Assembly: GCA_963665235.2 (NCBI GenBank)
Contig: CAXXLX010000001.1
Span: forward strand, 1,344,001 to 1,408,000
DNA from: Candidatus Poribacteria bacterium
GTDB lineage: Bacteria > Poribacteria > WGA-4E > WGA-3G
Direction: 5' to 3'
DNA length: 64,000 nucleotides
The first letter of the stretch is position 1, and each line of letters starts with the position of its first letter. This document shows, in pieces, positions 9,081 to 17,012 of this stretch. The notes beneath the pieces are model-generated. The model saw nothing but the letters and a program-made list of their open reading frames with translations, had not been told where the DNA came from and made no database searches. The translations under genes were made by a program, and so were the position numbers.

Positions 9081-9425
9081 ATGGGTATCCCATTTTTTAC
9101 TGTCTTTATCCTTTCAATTGCTTTTTTATCACTCGGAATTACAGGGTGGGGGGACTTCGTTTCGGTGGAGTGGCCCGGACAGGACTCCCTCGAGACCACT
9201 CAAAACGACATCGCTGTCACCCCTTACCTGTCCTTGAAACTTGATTATTGGGCGATGGGACGGTGCTTCATCGGTTTTCTACTATTTTTGGTAAGTCTTT
9301 ATCTCATGGGGTTTTTTCTCTATCTTGAAGAACGCGAAAGCGGCAGGATAATGAAAAATGTGAAAAGCTTTGCGAAATTAAGGCAGCTCCTAGAACGACA
9401 TCAGAACCGGGATACTTCACCATGA
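9081..9425 (+). CDS. Small two-TM hypothetical protein
   Basis: ORF fills the gap in a co-oriented gene run; two hydrophobic helices. Confidence 0.5.
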   Translation: MGIPFFTVFILSIAFLSLGITGWGDFVSVEWPGQDSLETTQNDIAVTPYLSLKLDYWAMGRCFIGFLLFLVSLYLMGFFLYLEERESGRIMKNVKSFAKLRQLLERHQNRDTSP

Positions 9426-9435
9426 AACTTTTATC

Positions 9436-10524
9436 ATGACAGAAATGGCACAGCAATTAAAAAATGATCTTCTTCTTCGCGCCGCGAAATACCGACCTGT
9501 GGAACGCGTACCTGTATGGATGATGCGACAGGCGGGCCGCTCGGACCCGCTCTATCGGCAAATTCGTGAAACGTGTAACCTTCCGTTGGAACGGCTTTTC
9601 CGAACCTGTCCCGCCCCGATGTCGGATACTGATGTGGAATGGGCAGTAAAAATTTCACTTCTGCCCAAACGTATCGGTGTAGACGGTATTATTGTATATA
9701 AAGATATTCTTACACCGCTCGCCCCTATGGGGGCACACTTCCGATTTTTACCCGGTCCCATTCTGAATCCCCCGATACGGACGCAAGCGCAAGTAGACGC
9801 ATTATGCCCACTAGATGAACCCCCTGTACAATTAGAGTACACAGGAGCGGTTATTCACAAGCTTCGTGAAACATTGGCTGGCGACCTACCGCTTATCGGT
9901 TTCGCGGGCGCGCCTTTAACGCTCGCTTTTTTTCTCATAGCGGGGGAAAGTCCTATGAAAAGGGGGCGCGAAATATCCGATAAAGCAACGCCTATTTTGG
10001 AAATGATGACTGAGGCACCGGCCCTTCTGCATCAGCTATTAGATAAGTTGACCGACATGACAATTAACTATCTGAATTACCAGCTCAGCAAGGGGGTGCA
10101 GATTGTGCAGCTATTTGAGTCCATCGCTGATGTGCTATCGCGGCAGATGTATGAAAATTTTGCCCTGCCGTACCACCAACGCATCTTTGCAGAACTCCCA
10201 GAGGCGGCTCCCAGCATTCTCTTCGCGAAGGAGTGCCCTTATGTGGATTTAATGGCCCGCAGCGGTGCAAGTGTCCTCAGTATCGGCAAATGTGTCAATC
10301 TCCAAAAAGCCAAAACGGAAATAGGTAAAGGTATCGCATTTCAAGGAAATGTGGATAACGATATCCTTCGAGATGGCACATGTGACGATATAACGGAGGC
10401 TGTCCGCACGTGTCTGAAGCAGGGGGAAGGAATAGGGCACATTCTCAATCTCAGCCACGGTCTTCACAGAGATACACCTTTTGAAAACGTTAAACATTTC
10501 GTCCACATCGCAAAGACGCTATAG
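9436..10524 (+). CDS. hemE: Uroporphyrinogen decarboxylase
   Basis: PVWMMRQAGR, LIGFAGAP, QGNVD, ILNLSHG. Confidence 0.93.
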   Translation: MTEMAQQLKNDLLLRAAKYRPVERVPVWMMRQAGRSDPLYRQIRETCNLPLERLFRTCPAPMSDTDVEWAVKISLLPKRIGVDGIIVYKDILTPLAPMGAHFRFLPGPILNPPIRTQAQVDALCPLDEPPVQLEYTGAVIHKLRETLAGDLPLIGFAGAPLTLAFFLIAGESPMKRGREISDKATPILEMMTEAPALLHQLLDKLTDMTINYLNYQLSKGVQIVQLFESIADVLSRQMYENFALPYHQRIFAELPEAAPSILFAKECPYVDLMARSGASVLSIGKCVNLQKAKTEIGKGIAFQGNVDNDILRDGTCDDITEAVRTCLKQGEGIGHILNLSHGLHRDTPFENVKHFVHIAKTL

Positions 10525-10537
10525 GATAAAGAATATA

Positions 10538-11983
10538 ATGCAAAACCCTTTCGCGCCACGCCAATATGGTCAACTTGTTAAGGTAACAGAGCGGGTCTAC
10601 CTGTTTCGCAATATTGTTAACTCTTCTATTGTTATCGGAGATAGCGGTGTTGCTGTAATTGATACACAGGTAAACCAAATGATGGCGAAACGGCTGCTTC
10701 ACGCGATTCGGGACATCACAGATAAACCGATTCTCTATGCAATTAATACACATTATCACTGGGACCACACGAACGGAAACCTTATTTTTCAAGAGACGGG
10801 GGCAACTGTCGTCGCCCGCGAAATGACGAAAGATTTTATGGTCAACCGCGCACCTCGACAGGAAAATTTCCTACGGTCACGGGGGTTTACGCTTGGTGCT
10901 CCCCCGTTTCTGCCGCAGCAAACGTTCAAGCACGAAATGGAACTCAATTTAGGGAATCAACCGCTGCACCTAGTCAACTTAGGAAAGGCGGAAACAGATG
11001 ACGCAACGGCTATCAGAATTCCCGCAGAGGGGTGTATCGTTTCTGGCGACACAGTTATGACCGGCAGTTTTCCCATTTTTGGGCAACCTGTCATGAATGA
11101 AGGTCTTATGGCAAACCACGATTGGGTTAATACGATTCGCGAACTCCGAACGTATCAACCTGAACACGTCCTACCAGGGCACGGGCCCCTGGCACATGAC
11201 GCGGAAATCGACCTTTTACTCAAAATTGAAACCTATTTCCTTACAGAGGTACGAAAACGGGTTGAACAGGGGATGTCCTTAGCCGAATTGCTCGCCGACA
11301 TGGAAGCTAACATGCCGAACTGGATTAGAGACATAGCGGAAGTTTGGGGAACACCCCGCTATGCAATTCTACGGGTCTATCGAGGCTGTATCGACGAGGC
11401 AGAACCGGGATGGCAACATCTCAAACCCTCGGCTATTCCGACAGCGGATACCGAAGTCCTACACAAACGGACACGAGAACTCAAAGACTTTGAGGCCTAT
11501 CGAGAAACGGCTGAAGAGGTGGCTGAAGGAAATGACTTCGGATTGGCTCTCGCTATTTTGAAGACCGCCACCGAAAAATTTCCTAACCTTCCGGAGGCCT
11601 GGACAGAATACGCGAATTTACTCACAAACGCTTCACGCACCGTGTCAAGTGTACTGGAAAAGGGGGATTTTTTCTATGAAGCAAAAAATGCCCTCAATAT
11701 CGCTCTCGAATTGAAAACCGACTACGCACCCGCACATCTTTTGCGCGGATACACCCAAATCCTAGCGGCATATCGAAATGGAGATGACCCAAAACCTGGG
11801 ATTGACTCCATATATAAGGCTCTCGTCAGCGGACTTAACGGCACACAACTCGCCCAAGCATACTTTGCTATCGGACTTGCACATCGCACAAATGGCGATG
11901 AACCCCTTGCACATCAAGCGTTTGAACAGGCACTCGCTGCTGACCCACGGTATATGCCGGCACAATTCGCGAAGGGGGCGTAA
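10538..11983 (+). CDS. MBL-fold metallo-hydrolase fused to TPR repeats
   Basis: NTHYHWDH, SGD, LPGHG; C-terminal TPR-like helices. Confidence 0.85.
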   Translation: MQNPFAPRQYGQLVKVTERVYLFRNIVNSSIVIGDSGVAVIDTQVNQMMAKRLLHAIRDITDKPILYAINTHYHWDHTNGNLIFQETGATVVAREMTKDFMVNRAPRQENFLRSRGFTLGAPPFLPQQTFKHEMELNLGNQPLHLVNLGKAETDDATAIRIPAEGCIVSGDTVMTGSFPIFGQPVMNEGLMANHDWVNTIRELRTYQPEHVLPGHGPLAHDAEIDLLLKIETYFLTEVRKRVEQGMSLAELLADMEANMPNWIRDIAEVWGTPRYAILRVYRGCIDEAEPGWQHLKPSAIPTADTEVLHKRTRELKDFEAYRETAEEVAEGNDFGLALAILKTATEKFPNLPEAWTEYANLLTNASRTVSSVLEKGDFFYEAKNALNIALELKTDYAPAHLLRGYTQILAAYRNGDDPKPGIDSIYKALVSGLNGTQLAQAYFAIGLAHRTNGDEPLAHQAFEQALAADPRYMPAQFAKGA

Positions 11984-12005
11984 AATTTTGTCAATAGGAG
12001 AAGAA

Positions 12006-12947
12006 ATGAAATACGATAGTGTGTTATTAGTAGCATTTGGGGGACCGACCCCAGGCTGCTGTAAAAAATACGATACCGATGCATGCCCCGGCGAAGCCTA
12101 CTGTTTTGTAGAAGGCATTGCTGGCGAAGCAGAATCTCAAAAAGGGCGGGTCAAGGATATAGCGGGCCATTACATAAAGTTGGGCGGATTTTCACCTTTC
12201 AACGAATTAACCTTCAAACAGGCAAACGCACTACAAAACGCATTACGCACGCGCGACCTCCCGCTGCCTGTTTACGCCGGATTTCGGCATTGGGCCCCCT
12301 ATTTAAAGGAGGTCATCGCGGAGATGGCACAAAAAGGTCACCGTAAAATACTCGGCATTATCATGGCACCCCACCAATCTAAAGTCAGCTGGGAGTGGTA
12401 CCAAAAAACTGTCAGACAGGCGATTGATGCCATCGAGACAGAAAAACCGAGTGTTGATTACCTTGACCCTTGGTACACACACAACGGTTATGTCGGGGCA
12501 ATTGCTGAAATTATTAAGTCCGCCTGTGGCGACAAGTTAGAACGTGCCGAGCTCGTTTTCACCGCCCATGCAATTCCGCAAGCTGCAGCGGATAGCTCAC
12601 CTTACACACAACAGTTTCAGAAAACAGGTAAAGCGGTCGCAAAAGAGATAGGCAAAACACAGTTCGGATTTGCATATCAAAGCGAGGTCGAAAACAGCCC
12701 GGTGCCATGGACGCAACCCGATATCAACGATTGGCTTAAAGCGAAGAGTGCCGAAGGCGTTGACACCGTTGTCGCATCCCCCATCGGTTTCCTCTGTGAC
12801 CACGTCGAAGTGCTCTATGACCTAGATATAGAGGCGACAGAAACCGCGGAAGCATGTGGCATCGATTTTATTCGGGCTGGCACTGTCGGCGCACATCCTA
12901 AATTTATTAACATGTTAGCAGATTTTGTCCATGAAAAATCTTCATAA
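12006..12947 (+). CDS. hemH: Ferrochelatase (HemH/CpfC type)
   Basis: LLVAFGGP, GGFSP, VFTAHAIP, AYQS, PWTQPDI, PIGFLCDHVEVLYDLD. Confidence 0.92.
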   Translation: MKYDSVLLVAFGGPTPGCCKKYDTDACPGEAYCFVEGIAGEAESQKGRVKDIAGHYIKLGGFSPFNELTFKQANALQNALRTRDLPLPVYAGFRHWAPYLKEVIAEMAQKGHRKILGIIMAPHQSKVSWEWYQKTVRQAIDAIETEKPSVDYLDPWYTHNGYVGAIAEIIKSACGDKLERAELVFTAHAIPQAAADSSPYTQQFQKTGKAVAKEIGKTQFGFAYQSEVENSPVPWTQPDINDWLKAKSAEGVDTVVASPIGFLCDHVEVLYDLDIEATETAEACGIDFIRAGTVGAHPKFINMLADFVHEKSS

Positions 12948-12958
12948 GGTGTTAGGTA

Positions 12959-14383
12959 ATGGAATCTGAAAAAAAACGTGCCATCGTTATCGGCGGTGGG
13001 ATTACAGGATTAACTGCCGGGTACCGTCTCATGCGGGAAGCGAAAAAACGGAATATCCCCCTTAAACTCACGCTCCTTGAAGCGAGCAACCGAGTCGGCG
13101 GCACTATTCAGACCGAACACAGAGATGGATTCGTCATCGAACACGGGCCCGATGCATTCATCTCTACAAAACCCTGGGCGAAAGCCTTATGTGATGAACT
13201 CGGTATCGCGGACAAATTAATAGGCACAAATCCGAACGTGCGCCAAAGTTTTGTCTGCCGTAACGGAAAACTGCTACCGGTACCCAAAGGCTTTTACATG
13301 ATGGCACCCGGCGCATTTTTACCCTTTTTAAAAAGCCCTATTTTCAGTTGGCGTGGAAAACTCCGTATATCGCTTGACCTCTTTATCTCACGTCGACAGG
13401 AGATAGATGATGAATCGGTGGCTGATTTTGTGAGACGTAGACTCGGCACCGAGGCGTTCGAACGGATAGCACAACCGATGATAGGCGGAATCTATACCTC
13501 AGACGCAGAAAATTTAAGTCTAAACGCAACGTTTCCGAGGTTTCTGGAAATGGAACAGGAACACGGAAGTATCATCAAAGCACTCCTAGCACGAAAACGC
13601 AGTGCCACTCAGACAAACCAAGACACTAGCGGGCCCCGCTACAGCCTCTTCCTATCGTTTGCCTCCGGAATGCAGACGCTCGTTGACGCACTCGCGGAAC
13701 ACCTCACTGAACAGATTCGGCTCGGTACCCGCGTGGACACTATCCAACGCGGAGAAAGCGGCATAGGATGGCGTGTCGCCGTGGCGGATGGTGAAATATT
13801 GGAGGCGGAACTGCTCTGCATTGCGCTTCCCGCACCGCAGGCAAGTAGAATCCTGAAAAGTACGTCTCCACTGCTTGCTGAAAAACTGAACGCAATTCCA
13901 TATTCCTCCTCTACAACGGTTAATCTAGCATTCCACCGCGAAGACATCGCACACGCGCTCAACGGGATGGGATTCGTGGTGCCCATAACAGAACAAATTG
14001 ACCTTATCGGCTGTTCGTTTAGCAGCGTCAAATTTGAAAACCGCGCCCCTGCCCAATACGTTTTGCTACGGGCTTTTGTAGGAGAAAAACAGGACCTTAC
14101 CAGCAGTAGACCGGACCAAGAAACGTTGGCAGCATCGGTATTACAGGATGTGAGCAAACTCCTCGGAATTAAAAAACAACCGCTGTTCTCTATCGTTAGT
14201 CAACATTCGCAGGCTATGGCACAGTATTTGGTGGGACATCAAAAGATTGTAACGGAGATTGAAACCCTAGCAAAAGATTTGCATGGGATTGCTTTAGCAG
14301 GGAATGCATACCACGGTATCGGCATTCCGGATTGTGTTCACAGTGGTGAACAGGCGGCGGAGGCTCTTCTTAATAGTAGCTAA
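12959..14383 (+). CDS. hemY: HemY-type FAD-dependent proto/coproporphyrinogen oxidase
   Basis: IGGGITGL, EHGPDAF, GIGIPDCVHSG. Confidence 0.92.
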   Translation: MESEKKRAIVIGGGITGLTAGYRLMREAKKRNIPLKLTLLEASNRVGGTIQTEHRDGFVIEHGPDAFISTKPWAKALCDELGIADKLIGTNPNVRQSFVCRNGKLLPVPKGFYMMAPGAFLPFLKSPIFSWRGKLRISLDLFISRRQEIDDESVADFVRRRLGTEAFERIAQPMIGGIYTSDAENLSLNATFPRFLEMEQEHGSIIKALLARKRSATQTNQDTSGPRYSLFLSFASGMQTLVDALAEHLTEQIRLGTRVDTIQRGESGIGWRVAVADGEILEAELLCIALPAPQASRILKSTSPLLAEKLNAIPYSSSTTVNLAFHREDIAHALNGMGFVVPITEQIDLIGCSFSSVKFENRAPAQYVLLRAFVGEKQDLTSSRPDQETLAASVLQDVSKLLGIKKQPLFSIVSQHSQAMAQYLVGHQKIVTEIETLAKDLHGIALAGNAYHGIGIPDCVHSGEQAAEALLNSS

Positions 14384-14439
14384 TTACGCACGTAACGTAC
14401 AACGCAAATCTGACGTTTCATGTACACATTACGAATGAC

Positions 14440-14468
14440 TTGACATCGTAAGTCCTGTCTGTTATACT
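14440..14468 (+). promoter_or_regulatory. Sigma70-type promoter
   Basis: TTGACA-17-TATACT upstream of GAGGAG RBS and TTG start at 14490. Confidence 0.75.
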
Positions 14469-14489
14469 ACCATAAAAGAGGAGTCTATT

Positions 14490-14954
14490 TTGGAAAAGCA
14501 AACGCGTGTACCGATTCTTTCGGCAAATCCAACGTTGATAAGTTTAGAGATTATCATTATTTTCTGCACGACCGCCATCTATGCTATATTCGTGGGGCGA
14601 CATGTAGGGCCGAAAGAGGCTGAGACGATGGACGCAGTCATAGAGACTGTTGGCCCCGTTTCCGATTCTATATTGTTGATTATTATTAGCGTCGCTGCGC
14701 TATTTGAAATTGGAGGTGAACTGATGTTACGTTATACCGCAGTCCTTGCAAAAACACGAGCCGAAGGTAAAGCCGAAGGGATAGTCGAAGGTAAAGCCGA
14801 AGGGATAGTCGAAGGTAAAGCCGAAGGCAGAGCCGAGGTCTATAAAGAGTGGCGTGCTGACTGGGAGAGAAGACGACAGGAAGCACAAGTAAAAGGGATA
14901 CCCTTTAGCGAACCGCCGCCACCTAACCCCGAAACCAATAACCATAAACCCTGA
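14490..14954 (+). CDS. Two-TM protein with (A/V)EG(K/R/I) repeat tail and internal RBS/ATG at 14724
   Basis: TM helices, then 'EIGGELM' (GGAGG-N7-ATG), AEGK/EGIV repeats, 'WERRRQEA..KGIPFSEPPPPNP'. Confidence 0.75.
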   Translation: MEKQTRVPILSANPTLISLEIIIIFCTTAIYAIFVGRHVGPKEAETMDAVIETVGPVSDSILLIIISVAALFEIGGELMLRYTAVLAKTRAEGKAEGIVEGKAEGIVEGKAEGRAEVYKEWRADWERRRQEAQVKGIPFSEPPPPNPETNNHKP

Positions 14955-15067
14955 GCTAACGGGAAACCGCATTAACACTGGCGTTGCACGCGCGATGACT
15001 TCACCCGATTCTATATTGTTGATTATTATTAGCGTCGCTGCGCCATTTGAAATTTGGAGGTGAACCG

Positions 15068-15403
15068 ATGTTCCGTTATACAGCAGCCCTTGAAAGAGCA
15101 CGAGCAGAAGGCTGGGCAGAAGGGATAGCCGAAGGCAGAGCCGAAGGCAAAGCCGAAGGGATAGCCGAAGGCAGAGCCGAAGGCAGAGCCGAAGGCAGAG
15201 CCGAAATCAAAGCTAAGGCCAAGGCTTATCAAGAGTGGTATGCGGCAGGCAAAGCCGAAGGCAGAGCCGAGGTTTATCGAGAGTGGCGTGCTGACTGGGA
15301 GAGAAGACGACAGGAAGCACAAGAAAAAGGAATACCCTTTAGTGAACCGCCACCACCAAACCCCGGCATCTCAGCTAATTATTCAGATTCGGCAACGAAT
15401 TGA
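15068..15403 (+). CDS. Duplicated stand-alone C-terminal unit of the 14490 protein, with expanded AEGR repeats
   Basis: GGAGG-N7-ATG; near-identical DNA to 14662-14930 with more 12-nt gccgaaggcaga units. Confidence 0.65.
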   Translation: MFRYTAALERARAEGWAEGIAEGRAEGKAEGIAEGRAEGRAEGRAEIKAKAKAYQEWYAAGKAEGRAEVYREWRADWERRRQEAQEKGIPFSEPPPPNPGISANYSDSATN

Positions 15404-16115
15404 AACCGAGCAGCCGTTTTAGTGTCGGTGTTGCACGCGCAATAACCTCATCCGATACCAATTGCAAATGGTTCTGTTGCGGTTTCAGAATAGACCGACA
15501 GAAAAAACCGAGCAGCGCAACGCGAGGCGTATCCGTTCTATTTTCTGACGAACCGTGCCATACCGAACCGTTGACAATCAGCACAGACCCCCGAGGGCCG
15601 CAGACCTGTTTCGCATCAGCGTATTCAACACCCGGCTCCGGCAACGCTTCAAGCCGTTGATGGCTCTCCGGCACACAGCGGGTCGCACCGTTTTCACGCG
15701 TAAAGTCATCTAAAAACCACACACTGTTCGCAACCATAGGAAAAGTAGGACGCGGTGTCGGAAGACCAGATAACGGATAATCAATATGGAGCCCCGCATC
15801 GGGTGCCCCCGGATAAAGCACATTTGCTGTAAACGAACTCAGCGTGCAATCAGCTCCAAGCAGATACTCCATGGCGGCAAGCATTTTCGGTTGTTGGATA
15901 GCCGCTTCAAAGACCTCGCCTTTGTCAATGAGATTCCAGACGCGCTGCGCACGTCCATCAGTTAAATAGGTGTGCCCCTTACCGGCCGCCTGCTCCGAAT
16001 TCGCAAGGAATAGAGCGCGTTCCCGGAGTTCGACCGCTGCATCCGATGTTATTAAATTTTCAAGGAGCAGAAAACCGCTTTGCATAAGTTGAGATTTTTC
16101 GGAAAGTGTCAACAT
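15375..16115 (-). CDS. Phytanoyl-CoA dioxygenase (PhyH) family Fe(II)/2OG oxygenase
   Basis: LHID, ENGAT..VPESH, VWHG, R. Confidence 0.88.
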   Translation of the reverse strand: MLTLSEKSQLMQSGFLLLENLITSDAAVELRERALFLANSEQAAGKGHTYLTDGRAQRVWNLIDKGEVFEAAIQQPKMLAAMEYLLGADCTLSSFTANVLYPGAPDAGLHIDYPLSGLPTPRPTFPMVANSVWFLDDFTRENGATRCVPESHQRLEALPEPGVEYADAKQVCGPRGSVLIVNGSVWHGSSENRTDTPRVALLGFFCRSILKPQQNHLQLVSDEVIARATPTLKRLLGFNSLPNLNN

Positions 16116-16127
16116 AGATAAATTTCC

Positions 16128-16337
16128 CTCTAACGATTTAACGTGAGCTTGATAATAAATATCCATTTGCTCTAAACCTTTTTCACCGCGAAAAAAGCGG
16201 TATACTTGTAGCATAAACTTCTTAGTTTGTGCTCTAACGATTTAACGTGAGCTTGATAATAAATATCCATTTGCTCTAAACCTTTTTCACCGCGAAAAAA
16301 GCGGTATAATTGTAGCATAAACTTCCTAGTTTGTGCT
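16128..16337. repeat. 104-bp direct tandem duplication in divergent promoter region
   Basis: ctctaacgatttaacg...tagtttgtg at 16128-16231 and 16232-16337, 2 substitutions. Confidence 0.92.
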
Positions 16338-17012
16338 GTTTTTTGCTAAAACTACCACAGAACGCTCTAGGTCAAAACTTTTTTTCAAACTCGCGTTTAA
16401 GGATTTAACGATTTTTTTTCTTGACAATATTATAAGGTTTTTGGTAACATGTCAATTAGTTTAGTTTTTAATTGGATAAACAAAAGTTTTTATGCAAAAA
16501 AATGTATTTTTGACTTGACATATCTTGCAAATTGTGGTATCATATTAAATACGTGTTCAATTTAATCGATGATAATACCCACGGATGGGGGAATTTTGCC
16601 AAATTTCGGTAAAAAATACCGCATACCGATTAAAATGCTTGATTAATTTTGTCACTTTATGCTAAAATAAAAGATATGGGCAAATTTTACAAAATACATC
16701 GGATTGATGATATATAATCACCCCAATCTGTGATGCAATTGTCTAAACGGATTTTCATAGGTCAAATATAGAGCTTCGGTGCCCAATTTTTACCTGCTTT
16801 GACCTTAAGATTACGGAATAATTAACTACGGAGATGTTGACTCCATCCCAGGGTCGATTTTACGTATACGGAAAATTTAGCACTGGGTAGTAGGATGGTT
16901 AGATGGGCAAACACCTACCTCCGGTTGTTTTTGTTGTGTTTCCCGCTTGCCCATCTAAAAACTTCAGTATTTAGTCTTGTGTTTGCACAGACTTAACGAG
17001 GAGGATGAGTTA

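Noticed and set aside
16660-16960. c-di-GMP-I riboswitch (GGGCAAA seeds)
   Set aside because: The downstream GAAA-tetraloop/GACGCAAA consensus is absent.
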